64,000 bases of DNA from a virus (taxonomy: Duplodnaviria > Caudoviricetes), in the IMG/VR virus record IMGVR_UViG_3300038345_000103, positions 1 to 64,000 of that record; one strand, 5' to 3'. Below are positions 1-9,328 of this stretch, piece by piece. Numbering within the stretch: the first letter of the stretch is position 1; every line of letters starts with the position of its first letter. The notes beneath the pieces are model-generated. The model made no database searches and had not been told where the DNA came from. It was given only the letters and a program-made list of their open reading frames with translations. A program made the translations under genes and the position numbers.

Positions 1-860
1 TGGGCACACGTATCCCGTCCACGCTTGTGAACGTATCGCCGGTAACCCGAAGTAGCACGTAACCCGTAAACCCGAGTTGTATGCCCGTACGCAAGCGGAC
101 GCATGCGACCTGCACCGAACCTTGACAAATACTATATGTGTGTGGCATCGTGCACCATGCAGGCACGAGCCGGACTCCACAAGGGTCAGCCATATCCCTG
201 ACATGCCGTCGTCGAAGTGTGGGTGTGTCATGGCATCGAGTCATACAGCGGTCATATGTGAACATTGGGCTGGACACCCGACAAGGGCGTAGCCGGACAT
301 GGTGCATATGCGATAGCCGAGCGGTGGACTGCACTGTTGACTATGTGTCGCAGGTGGTTGCCACGTGATACAGGCGGCGTAGTGTATCCCCACGAGGGTA
401 AGACAGGGTGCACGTAGTAGGCGTAGGTTGTATGGTAGAGAAGAACCTCCGGTGTGTAGGTATGCATATGGGTGATGGCGTAAAGCGGTAAAGGGTGTAT
501 TGGCAGATACGACGGCACGTAGGTGCCCTGAGATGGGTACGGGAACGAATTAAGTTGTGCTAGGCATGATATGAGGTCATGGTATGGGCGGTGAAACTCC
601 GCCATGCAATAAGCTATGATGCAGCGAACGGGGAGAGTGCGACCTTTCCCTATGACTGATGTCACGATAGGAGTATCCTATTCAGGTGGAAGTCCTGCCC
701 ACGGCGAACCCAAAGACGTAGGGGAGAAGTGGGGAATGAGGTCAACAGAGCAAAAAGCCCAAACGTGACCAATCGATAAATAAGTGGGAATAATATGCGT
801 CCAAGGACAGATTGTAATGGACGGCACGGCAGCAGGCAGAACACACGCCTGCTATTTTTA
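1..860 (+). ncRNA. Candidate large structured non-coding RNA (5' end may lie outside the window)
   Basis: About 50-58% GC in lines counted vs about 32% in a late line; no ORF with a convincing RBS; many short stems (514-527, 587-603, 631-650, 667-681, 683-697), two with T-loop-like loops; ends at a terminator. Confidence 0.5.
831..860 (+). terminator. Rho-independent terminator
   Basis: AGCAGGC/GCCTGCT 7-bp stem followed by ATTTTTAT. Confidence 0.7.
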
Positions 861-949
861 TGTCGTTTGTAAGGGGTATCCTTACTTAAGCAGTGGGTTC
901 AAGTCCCACCCTGTCCAATCGAAGTTATAACGGAAACGAGGTATAAATT

Positions 950-1129
950 ATGAACCGCACAATGAAAATGAAGAATGACAAGCGAAAGAAGTTGGAACAG
1001 CAGGCAAAGAAGCTAAAGTTCTATGACTTAGCGTCACACCGTTATTACGCAAGCGAACTGCCGGCAAGTGCCATGTGGTTCGGAAACGTAGATGCGACAC
1101 AATACGGAAAAATGTGGTGGGAGGTGTAA
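950..1129 (+). CDS. Small hypothetical protein (59 aa, not in the ORF track)
   Basis: ATG with GAGG upstream; MNRTMKMKNDKRKKLEQQ...WWEV; packs tightly against the next ORF. Confidence 0.6.
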   Translation: MNRTMKMKNDKRKKLEQQAKKLKFYDLASHRYYASELPASAMWFGNVDATQYGKMWWEV

Positions 1130-1133
1130 TACA

Positions 1134-1367
1134 ATGGCAAAGTGGTATGACAACAGATTTATAAGCATGTTAGATTCAAAAACGCAAATGAAAATCCGTA
1201 ATGCGTTGGAGTGCAAGGGCTATAAGGGAAATGCACTTTTGCACGCCATGGTTGCAAGGGTTAATGACCTTGCGGGAACAATCGATATAGCAAAAATCAT
1301 GGGCTATGACACAAAGGACGTTCGCAGTATATCTGTGTTTGTCGGAACAGAAAAGAGGTGGACCTGA
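1134..1367 (+). CDS. Hypothetical protein
   Basis: GGAGG RBS before ATG 1134; MAKWYDNRF... Confidence 0.65.
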   Translation: MAKWYDNRFISMLDSKTQMKIRNALECKGYKGNALLHAMVARVNDLAGTIDIAKIMGYDTKDVRSISVFVGTEKRWT

Positions 1368-1528
1368 TGAGTTATAACGGATATGCCATAACATTTGTAC
1401 GTGGACACTATGAAGCCTATGAGGGAAATCAGTTCATAGTGTCAGCGGATACTGTTACGGAAATCAAGGAAGAACTGGACAAGCGAGATTGCGAAATTGC
1501 TATGATGGAAAGTGCAGGTTGGAGGTAA
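1367..1528 (+). CDS. Small hypothetical protein (53 aa, not in the ORF track)
   Basis: TGATG overlap with the upstream stop; MSYNGYAITFVRGHYEAY... Confidence 0.55.
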   Translation: MSYNGYAITFVRGHYEAYEGNQFIVSADTVTEIKEELDKRDCEIAMMESAGWR

Positions 1529-1534
1529 ACGGAA

Positions 1535-1744
1535 ATGTATTATGACAGACGTACCGGCACATACTTTACAGTGCCACAGCCACCCAAGGCATATAAAATA
1601 ACGGGCAAGTATGGAAAAACAATCACGCCCGAAGAATTAAGGGAAAACTATGACTATAGCGTAGAGTGGGGCTATACGGACGAAAATTTTGATACTTGGC
1701 GTACGCAATTACTGCGTCAAGGCAAAATAAAAGCGATATATTGA
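1535..1744 (+). CDS. Hypothetical protein
   Basis: GGAGG RBS; ORF track. Confidence 0.65.
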   Translation: MYYDRRTGTYFTVPQPPKAYKITGKYGKTITPEELRENYDYSVEWGYTDENFDTWRTQLLRQGKIKAIY

Positions 1745-1758
1745 AGGGAGGTGATACC

Positions 1759-1932
1759 ATGAGCAAGGTATTAACAAAGTGCAGAGAAATCCTTGCGACA
1801 AAACGTGCTAACGATAATGCGGATATTGAGCGGTTAGTGTCCGCCATAGCAAGACAATTAGGCGTGTCCGTCACAGAAGAACAAATGGAAAGGGCAGTCG
1901 TATATCTGAGACACGGCTGTGTAGTATGGTGA
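1759..1932 (+). CDS. Hypothetical protein
   Basis: GGAGG RBS before ATG 1759. Confidence 0.6.
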   Translation: MSKVLTKCREILATKRANDNADIERLVSAIARQLGVSVTEEQMERAVVYLRHGCVVW

Positions 1933-1947
1933 AAGGAGTGAACGCAC

Positions 1948-2136
1948 ATGATACTTGTAGCAATATTCAGTGTCAACGGAGAACTCGTGTATAGTTTCTC
2001 CGAGTATAACGACTCATCAGCAAGGGAAAGCCTTGACATGATGGGTTTTGTATCGTTGCCCGATAAGGAAGACGAGTATATCAATGCCTACGGAGATAAG
2101 GCATATCTCTACAAGGCAAACGCAAACAAGGCATAA
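1948..2136 (+). CDS. Hypothetical protein
   Basis: AAAGGAG RBS; ORF track. Confidence 0.65.
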   Translation: MILVAIFSVNGELVYSFSEYNDSSARESLDMMGFVSLPDKEDEYINAYGDKAYLYKANANKA

Positions 2137-2144
2137 ATTACGCC

Positions 2145-2174
2145 TTGACAAATAAACACAGAGTACGCTATAAT
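2145..2174 (+). promoter_or_regulatory. Sigma70-type promoter
   Basis: TTGACA-18bp-TATAAT, intergenic, upstream of an RBS. Confidence 0.75.
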
Positions 2175-2195
2175 TGCGTACAGAAGGGAGTTTAA

Positions 2196-2393
2196 ATGTT
2201 AAGAAACATCATTAAGGCAATCTGTGTATTGATATTCATATGCGGATTGTTGCTCTTCATAAGCGAAACGCACGAAACGGCACCGCTTATGGAACAGGTC
2301 TGGCTCTGGCTTAAGGGTTTAGGGCTTATGATACTTGCCACAGTAATTGGCGTTGTTATCGACACAGAAGAGGAGGATACAATCAATGGATAA
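2196..2393 (+). CDS. Small membrane protein (two hydrophobic segments)
   Basis: GGGAG RBS; hydrophobic stretches AICVLIFICGLLLFI and LWLKGLGLMILATVIGVVI. Confidence 0.65.
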   Translation: MLRNIIKAICVLIFICGLLLFISETHETAPLMEQVWLWLKGLGLMILATVIGVVIDTEEEDTING

Positions 2394-4095
2394 GACAAAG
2401 TTAGTACAGCAGGTAGCCAATTTATTAGATGAGTACGGCTACGACTATAATGATTATGCGTTAAGGAACATCATCAATGAGTGGGAGCGGAAAAAGGCAA
2501 ATATCCTTGAAGCATTCCGCAAGCACCCGAACTGGGATGAGGATAGGTTGGCAATCATGTTGCCCGTAGAACTTGAGCGTCCGTTTGATACAGACGGAGT
2601 TCAGAAGTTCGGCGCTTACATTGGGAATAAGGCTCTTGAAGCAAGAGTTTTTGTTCGCGAGGTCAATGGAGTTGACCTGTATGAATGGAGAGACCGTTCA
2701 TCTGTGTACTATAATGTACTGACGTATCTGAAGCAGTCGGAGTTAAAGAATCTGGAAACAGATATTACGCCGTTAAAGGCAGAAATCGGGGCGTTATATT
2801 CTGAGGCTCAGTCTGTCCTGAGTAATTACAAGAGTACCTATGACGGATGGATGACAAGGGAATCATACGAGAAGAAGCAGCGACTGAACAACATAGTATC
2901 GCTTATCTGTGCTATTCGTTCGGCAGATGACTCCGTTATAAATGAGCGGATGATAGTGGAATTTAATGAAGCCGGCTTCAAGGTTCCACATACAGGAGCA
3001 AAAACGTCAAGGGAAATCCGTAAGTTATGCGAAAAGGAAGGTATCTTCAAGGATACTGAGCGAAATGCCCGTGGTTCGCTTATATGTGAGCAGGAGTTTG
3101 CTAATTTTGCAGACGCCTTGAATAAGAAAACCTACAAAGAAACGCTGATTATCAGTGTCAATCCGCTTGACTATTGGACTATGAGTTTCGGTCATAACTG
3201 GTCCAGTTGCCACACGATTGATAAAAGTAATCGTCGTCCGAATAACGGTGGCAATCACTATAATGGCTGTTATAGCGGTGGAACGGAAAGTTATATGCTT
3301 GACTCATCGACATTCATCGTCTACACAGGCGATATGTTTGATAAGATAAAGCGTAACAACTTCCATGTAAGCGAACACGGAGAACTCCTCTGTCAGGGAA
3401 GACTGTATCCCGATGGAAGAGATGGCGGTGATGCCGGTCTGCCCGCTCAGTTCCGTCACTATGTGCAGGAAGTAGTCGCACAGTGTTATGGAATGAATAA
3501 CGAGTGGACAATTAAGAAAGGAACTTCGAATTGCGGTGATTACATTAGTCAGTATCATCCCAATGTCAATTATGAAGATTTCTTCCACTATGAAGATTGT
3601 AACGTTACGTTGAATCGTCAGAGACATCAGGACAGATATATCAATGTTGGTTCAGATATTATCTGCCCCGTATGTGGAGAAAGGCATACGACACAGGAGT
3701 GGATAACCTGTGAGGATTGTCGAAGGGAAGTCTATGCAGTCTGCGATGAATGTGGTGAGGACATCTTTGAAGGAGATGACTATATCTATACAGCCGATGG
3801 CAGATACTTCTGCTGTGCAGACTGTGCAGAGAATGCAGGGTACAGAATGTGTTATGATGACGATGAATGGCATGACGACTGGTTTGAGGACCCGTATGAC
3901 GGAGAATACTATCATGAAGCATCAATAACGTTACATGATGGAACTCAATACGGAACGGAAAGGAACGCTATTGACGATGGTTGTGTAGAAGCCTTCGATA
4001 ATGGCGAGTGGTACAATACCGCTGACCTGTATCAGCATAGCGACGGCGAATGGTACACATTCGAAGAAGAAGAAAACGAAGAGGAGGTAGGTTGA
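2386..4095 (+). CDS. Large hypothetical protein with C-terminal CxxC repeats and acidic tail
   Basis: AGGAGG RBS, ATG 2386; CPVC, CEDC, CDEC, CCADC motifs; central SVNPLDYWTMS..WSSCH block. Confidence 0.85.
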   Translation: MDKTKLVQQVANLLDEYGYDYNDYALRNIINEWERKKANILEAFRKHPNWDEDRLAIMLPVELERPFDTDGVQKFGAYIGNKALEARVFVREVNGVDLYEWRDRSSVYYNVLTYLKQSELKNLETDITPLKAEIGALYSEAQSVLSNYKSTYDGWMTRESYEKKQRLNNIVSLICAIRSADDSVINERMIVEFNEAGFKVPHTGAKTSREIRKLCEKEGIFKDTERNARGSLICEQEFANFADALNKKTYKETLIISVNPLDYWTMSFGHNWSSCHTIDKSNRRPNNGGNHYNGCYSGGTESYMLDSSTFIVYTGDMFDKIKRNNFHVSEHGELLCQGRLYPDGRDGGDAGLPAQFRHYVQEVVAQCYGMNNEWTIKKGTSNCGDYISQYHPNVNYEDFFHYEDCNVTLNRQRHQDRYINVGSDIICPVCGERHTTQEWITCEDCRREVYAVCDECGEDIFEGDDYIYTADGRYFCCADCAENAGYRMCYDDDEWHDDWFEDPYDGEYYHEASITLHDGTQYGTERNAIDDGCVEAFDNGEWYNTADLYQHSDGEWYTFEEEENEEEVG

Positions 4096-4096
4096 T

Positions 4097-5116
4097 ATGA
4101 AGGGAATTAGTAAAGAGTGTAAGCATTTTATAAAACTGTGCAAGATGTCACAGAAGGCACTGAAAAAGTATTTGGTTAACTGGCTTCAGACAATCGGCTA
4201 TAAGCCGGTTGTATCTGACGGCTTTATATATGCAGAGGGAAGTTTACCGGTATGCGTGACTGCTCATATGGATACTGTTCATGCAGACCTTCCTAAGAAT
4301 TTTGAGGTAACAAAAGATAACAGCGGGTACGAAACTATATCCGCTACACAGGGAATCGGCGGAGATGACCGCTGTGGTATCTATATGATACAGGCAATCG
4401 TAAATGACGGCTATCATCCTACCATCCTCTTCTGTGAAGATGAAGAGATTGGCGGAGTCGGTTCAGATAAGTTCTGTTTATCAGAACATATAGGCAAGTT
4501 AAAGGGAATGAAGTTCTTCATCGAACTTGACAGGGCAAACGACAAGGACCTTGTATTCTATGATGATGATAATGACAAGTTCCACGATTTTTGTGAAAAG
4601 ACAACTGGATATAAGACATCGTATGGAACATTCAGCGACATAAGCAACCTTTGTCCTGAAGTCAAGGTAAGTGGCGTAAATATCTCCTGCGGATATTATA
4701 ATGCACATCATCTTAATGAGTACGTTGTAATAAAGGAAATGCTTGATTCTATCAGGGCAGCGGAGAAGTTGCTTGACAAGGTAGATACGGTTGAGCAGTT
4801 CGAGTATAAGAGAAAGAAGTACAGCCACCGTTATGGCAACAATTCTTATTATTACAACGATTACTACAGCGGTTACTATGGCAATTGGAATCAGCCTAAG
4901 AAACAGCCCAAAAGCAAATGGTATGTGGTTGCATACGAGCCGGACACACACAAGTATATCGATGAACTGGTCGAAGCATCAAACGATATGGAAGCCGTAG
5001 GAACATTCCTGTCAATGCATGAGGATTTGCGATATATGGATATTGCAGATTACTATAACGCAGACACCCTGTTCGATAGAACCGGCACATACGGATATGG
5101 TTATGAAGACTATTAA
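4097..5116 (+). CDS. M28-like zinc-dependent peptidase
   Basis: TAHMDTV, GGDDRCG, EDEEIGGVGS and IELDR metal-ligand motifs. Confidence 0.8.
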   Translation: MKGISKECKHFIKLCKMSQKALKKYLVNWLQTIGYKPVVSDGFIYAEGSLPVCVTAHMDTVHADLPKNFEVTKDNSGYETISATQGIGGDDRCGIYMIQAIVNDGYHPTILFCEDEEIGGVGSDKFCLSEHIGKLKGMKFFIELDRANDKDLVFYDDDNDKFHDFCEKTTGYKTSYGTFSDISNLCPEVKVSGVNISCGYYNAHHLNEYVVIKEMLDSIRAAEKLLDKVDTVEQFEYKRKKYSHRYGNNSYYYNDYYSGYYGNWNQPKKQPKSKWYVVAYEPDTHKYIDELVEASNDMEAVGTFLSMHEDLRYMDIADYYNADTLFDRTGTYGYGYEDY

Positions 5117-5131
5117 AAGGGAGGTGATTAA

Positions 5132-5881
5132 ATGGACATGACAAAAATGGAATACGCTCAGGCGATAGCGACAGCCTGTGGCGGTGATGTAAGGACAAAG
5201 CAGGTTACAAATGACATAGAAAAGGTCGGAGTATCGATAGGGAATGGAGATATTGTTCCCTGTATATGGATTGATGAAATGTATGAGCGGAAGATGTCTA
5301 TCGTAGAAGCATCGGAGATAGTGGCAAACTCATGTAAGGCAGCTCCTCCGCCTAACTTCCGCCCGCTCCTTGAGTATGAGAACATAAAGGATAAGCTGAC
5401 ACTCTGCCTGTGCAATAAAAAGATGGTGACAAGTGTATACAGGAGTGCAGGCGAGTTTGGCTTTGACGACCTGATACTTGTGCCTTATGTGGATATTGAT
5501 AATGAGCATATGGCAAGGGTTACTAGGGAAGTGATTGAGTATTGGGGCGTAACGGAACAGATTATCTTTGATACTGCATGGAACAATATGAAAGAAGATG
5601 ACTATATGGTCGTATTCTGCAGTGATAAGTCAATGCTGAGTATCACTAACAAGTCACAGTGGCGTGGAGCAGTCGGCGTCATAGTTCTGAGGGATATGTT
5701 AAAGCAGAAGTTTCCGAACGGATATTATGTCCTGCCCATATCAACGGATAAGGTGGCAGTATCTGACAGCAGTAAGGAGCCAATAGATATGGTCAATATG
5801 GCGGTCAAAGTGACAACCGCAAACGTACATCCTGAGAAAATGTTATCAACACATGCATATGAAATAAAAGGGGGCGATTAA
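5132..5881 (+). CDS. DUF5688-like protein
   Basis: Resembles the family pattern (GVSI..IVPCIWIDEMYE; LSITNK..GA; YYVLP.S); recognised by eye. Confidence 0.6.
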   Translation: MDMTKMEYAQAIATACGGDVRTKQVTNDIEKVGVSIGNGDIVPCIWIDEMYERKMSIVEASEIVANSCKAAPPPNFRPLLEYENIKDKLTLCLCNKKMVTSVYRSAGEFGFDDLILVPYVDIDNEHMARVTREVIEYWGVTEQIIFDTAWNNMKEDDYMVVFCSDKSMLSITNKSQWRGAVGVIVLRDMLKQKFPNGYYVLPISTDKVAVSDSSKEPIDMVNMAVKVTTANVHPEKMLSTHAYEIKGGD

Positions 5882-6244
5882 ATGACAGCAAAAGCATTGC
5901 CTGTAAACATTTATAAGCATAAGGGAGATGATTGTAGCAACGGCGGTATCTCGTCACGCTATAATGAAATCCTTCTTTTATGTGACGACGGTTTTATCAA
6001 TGTCGATATGGACAATCCGCCCGAGAACCTGTGTAAGGTGGTTAAGCGGAATTTGTGGGGCAAAGATTATGTTCATATCGAACCTGTCAAGGAAATTGGC
6101 AGGGATAGAACTGGCTATATGTATGGCGGTTGTATTGTATCAACAAGCGATAGCCGCTTTGGAAGAGCAACGGGGGTTGATTACCCCGTTGACCTTCATG
6201 ACAGAACGGAAACATGGCAAGAGTATGATATGATGAGCAGATAG
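5882..6244 (+). CDS. Conserved-looking hypothetical protein
   Basis: RBS; DCSNGGISSR motif typical of Firmicute phage/ICE early genes. Confidence 0.75.
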   Translation: MTAKALPVNIYKHKGDDCSNGGISSRYNEILLLCDDGFINVDMDNPPENLCKVVKRNLWGKDYVHIEPVKEIGRDRTGYMYGGCIVSTSDSRFGRATGVDYPVDLHDRTETWQEYDMMSR

Positions 6245-6255
6245 GGGGTGAGTGT

Positions 6256-6534
6256 ATGAAATATGTTGGCATTATAACTATCGATGATAAAAGGTGTTGG
6301 TCTGAATGGCATAGTGGTAGCACATCAAAAACATACAGAAGCGACGGCTATGACACAAGGGAAGAGGCACAGGCATGGATAGACAGTCAGTTACCAAACA
6401 TTAAGAATGATGATGGCAAATACAAGGTTGATACAATAATTGCAAAGTTTGACAAAAAGGATTTAGTCGGGCAGTTTCCTAAGATTGACTATATGTTTAA
6501 CAATGTCCTGTGGCATAAGAATGTAACAATGTGA
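6256..6534 (+). CDS. Hypothetical protein
   Basis: ORF track; operon packing. Confidence 0.65.
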   Translation: MKYVGIITIDDKRCWSEWHSGSTSKTYRSDGYDTREEAQAWIDSQLPNIKNDDGKYKVDTIIAKFDKKDLVGQFPKIDYMFNNVLWHKNVTM

Positions 6535-6697
6535 TAGGGAGGTAAAGGATGGCTAAGGTGCGTTGTAATAATCATAGATGTGTTTATAATAAAAGAGCTT
6601 ACGAAGAAGAGATGTACGGTGAATGCACGTTAGATAATTTAGTGTTTCTTGATAGCCATGGAGAATGTGAAGAGGTTGAATATGCAGATAAGGAGGA

Positions 6698-7183
6698 ATG
6701 CAGATGAATAGTGAATATATAGGCAAATTACAGTTAAATGACAAGGTAGACATTACAGACCCGTGTTATGATAAGGATGTGTGGTGTCGTATGACAAGTG
6801 AATGCAAGTCTGGAGAATACACCGGATATGCAACTGTCGCTGATACGGGATGGGGAAAGCGAGTTGTATCTATTGCCATCTATAAAGATGATAAGATTGT
6901 AGATATAGACTCAATGGAACTGATTGGTAATATCGGAGTTGATGCAGGACTTGCAGGCTTCTTCAATAATAAGCCTGACTTTATTGGTCACGAATGGCAT
7001 GACTTCTTAGATAAATTCATAGACTATGATGAAGACAAAAATTATTGGGATTGTGGCTACGGCTTATTCTCCGAATCAGGCTATGGAGATGGAAGTTATA
7101 ATGTATATGCAACTCCTAATAGGGATGCATTTATGATTGTGTTCATCGGTGACGACGATGATGACGACGATTACGAAGATTAA
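6698..7183 (+). CDS. DUF4241-like protein
   Basis: DITDPCY, IGVDAGLAGFF and SGYGDGSY motifs; acidic tail. Confidence 0.55.
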   Translation: MQMNSEYIGKLQLNDKVDITDPCYDKDVWCRMTSECKSGEYTGYATVADTGWGKRVVSIAIYKDDKIVDIDSMELIGNIGVDAGLAGFFNNKPDFIGHEWHDFLDKFIDYDEDKNYWDCGYGLFSESGYGDGSYNVYATPNRDAFMIVFIGDDDDDDDYED

Positions 7184-7328
7184 AGGGAGGATAAAACTAT
7201 GTTAGACAGCAAGCAGGAAAGATGTCAGGATTGTATGGCTCTCGTAGAAGGCGACAACAAGGAATGGATTTGCGATGAGTGCGGTAAGGAAATTCATGAA
7301 GTGGACGAATGTCCGGAGGGAGTAGAAG

Positions 7329-7706
7329 ATGAAAATACTGCAGACGATTAATTATCATATTAAGGGAACTCCCAAGATGAGCGAATCACCGGTTGGTTCG
7401 GCAGATAGTAATTATCTTCAGGCAACGGTGTATTATACAGAGGGTGGATATTCGTATTTCACATATAAGAATACACCAAGAGGATATTTAATGTCAGTAG
7501 TAGATGTGCAGATGGCAAAGAAAAACGGGATAGTGTCAGTAGCCCATACATTATTTAATGAGCGTGGCAGAAAGCACATGATTAAAGAAGTCACAAGGCA
7601 GAGCAAAAAGGCAGAAGCTGAAGCACTTGAATACTTTAAGGCAAACATAGTGGATTTTGTCAACAAGGCATATCCCGAATATACCATAGAGGAGGAGGAG
7701 GCATGA
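7329..7706 (+). CDS. Hypothetical protein
   Basis: GGAG RBS; ORF track. Confidence 0.7.
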   Translation: MKILQTINYHIKGTPKMSESPVGSADSNYLQATVYYTEGGYSYFTYKNTPRGYLMSVVDVQMAKKNGIVSVAHTLFNERGRKHMIKEVTRQSKKAEAEALEYFKANIVDFVNKAYPEYTIEEEEA

Positions 7707-7707
7707 A

Positions 7708-7893
7708 ATGAACACAGAGACCAAATTATACGAACATAACATGGCACAGACTAAAGCCGATATTATTCAGGTATTCGTAAAAAAGGTAAAAGACGATATT
7801 GACAGATTGCCACGCAAGGCTGGTTGTATTCCAATAGCTGATGTGGATATAATCCTGTCATATCGCATGAGGGAGATGATGGGTGATGGATGA
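7708..7893 (+). CDS. Hypothetical protein, paralog of 9847-10077
   Basis: MNTETK..KADIIQVFVKKVKDDI resembles MNTEMK..KTDVIKIFVERIKKDI. Confidence 0.65.
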   Translation: MNTETKLYEHNMAQTKADIIQVFVKKVKDDIDRLPRKAGCIPIADVDIILSYRMREMMGDG

Positions 7894-8109
7894 TAAAAAG
7901 GAAGAGCGTTTTGGTTGTCGTCAGTGCGACTGCAAGTACTATAAAGGTATGCACTGCAGTATGGCAGACGAAATGGAAGATGAACATCGTGATTGGTTTG
8001 TCCGCAAGGGAACTGGCGGATGTTATTATTACGATTCAATAAGAGAGGGGTGAAACCATGGAAAATGATTATGTGACTATTGAATTTATCAATGATAGGG
8101 GGCGAGTAA

Positions 8110-8415
8110 ATGAAACTTGTTATTTGTTTACCTGATAATATGGTAAAGATGTGCGGATGGCATAAGGAAGGGATATGCGAACTGACGGACTTTGAAGTAA
8201 ATATGTTAGCCGAAGCGATAGATAATGGAAAGCCACTCCCTAAAGAACACGGAAGAATGATTGATGCAGATGAACTCTTGTCAAAGGAAAGACCAAATGG
8301 AATATCCGATGATGTATGGGAAGAAAGCCACATTTATAAAATGCTGACAAATGCACCGACAATCATAGAAGCTGATAAGACAGAAAGTGAGGAAGAAAAT
8401 GGACGAGAAAGTTAA
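8110..8415 (+). CDS. Hypothetical protein; C-terminal half duplicated in 32431-32709
   Basis: HGRMIDADELLSKERPNGISDDVWEESHIYKMLTNAPTIIEAD is shared. Confidence 0.75.
   Translation: MKLVICLPDNMVKMCGWHKEGICELTDFEVNMLAEAIDNGKPLPKEHGRMIDADELLSKERPNGISDDVWEESHIYKMLTNAPTIIEADKTESEEENGRES
8258..8372 (+). repeat. Dispersed direct repeat, copy 1 (copy 2 at 32570-32684)
   Basis: 100 bp identical (8258-8357 vs 32570-32669), 115 bp with one mismatch. Confidence 0.9.
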
Positions 8416-8926
8416 AAACAGATTATTTGAAGCGGTTGATATACTTAATGCTGAACTTGTAAAGCATAATGAAGCTGTTTGTGATTTTAAAACGGAATTG
8501 TTTACAGATGATGTATGTCAGATGATAGACACTATTTGTAATTCTCGTGGTCTAGAATATACATATAAGACTGAAGGCAAGACATTGTTCTCTATGTATA
8601 ACTTTTCTTTTAATGGTATTAGTATTAGGTGCAAGTATGGCAAAATCATACCTAAGGCTGATGATAGTACATTGGATAGTATATGTCATATAGCGAAAGA
8701 ATTAGAGAGAAGTAAACAAGCATTTAAGTTACTTCAGGACGAAGCAGGCAATATCATCAAAGATATTACCACAAAATATAAGAGTGTTACAGAATCACAA
8801 AATGCAAAACTTGATGAAGTATTTGCGATGTTGAAGGGGTATGATGCTCCGGTTAGACATATAAAGGTGACAGTAGAATGGATAGAGGGAGAAGAAGATG
8901 GAATGCAGATGGCAGATGACAGATAA
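8399..8926 (+). CDS. Hypothetical protein
   Basis: GAGGA RBS before ATG 8399. Confidence 0.7.
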   Translation: MDEKVKNRLFEAVDILNAELVKHNEAVCDFKTELFTDDVCQMIDTICNSRGLEYTYKTEGKTLFSMYNFSFNGISIRCKYGKIIPKADDSTLDSICHIAKELERSKQAFKLLQDEAGNIIKDITTKYKSVTESQNAKLDEVFAMLKGYDAPVRHIKVTVEWIEGEEDGMQMADDR

Positions 8927-9097
8927 TAGCTGGCGTACAGCATGTGGTGTTAAGGGCAGATTACATAGAGGCTATAAATATTGCCCCTATTGTGGAAAAT
9001 GAATTGGAAACGTAAAGAGGAAGAAAATCTTTTTGAAGACACATTTAACAAAACCATGGAAATTTTAGGTTATACCACTAAGAAGGGAGAATAAAAC

Positions 9098-9328
9098 ATG
9101 ACAGTAGGAACTTTAAGAACAATCCTTAGTTGCTATGACGATAAACAGAAAATCGTCATAGGACAAAGACAGAATTATGGCTCTGATTTTGTTTACAATA
9201 TCTGCGAAGACATTGAAGAGCACGGCGTAAACAAGTTCTATGGAAAGGATATTCCGAACGCCGTAATGTTACTTATGGGAAGCCAGATTGGCACGATTAA
9301 AGACACGGAGGGAGAAGACGATGAGTGA
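9098..9328 (+). CDS. Hypothetical protein
   Basis: AAGGGAG RBS. Confidence 0.7.
   Translation: MTVGTLRTILSCYDDKQKIVIGQRQNYGSDFVYNICEDIEEHGVNKFYGKDIPNAVMLLMGSQIGTIKDTEGEDDE

Noticed and set aside
122-150. TTGACA as a promoter for the candidate ncRNA
   Set aside because: No acceptable -10 hexamer at 16-18 bp spacing
77-844. ORF-track ORFs 77-292, 138-368, 252-665 and 662-844
   Set aside because: No RBS, atypical composition, and mutual overlap on both strands; better explained as chance ORFs in a GC-rich structured region
921-1385. Repeated GTTATAACGGA (near 923 and 1371) as an operator
   Set aside because: Only two copies, and the second is coding sequence (MSYNGY) of a small ORF
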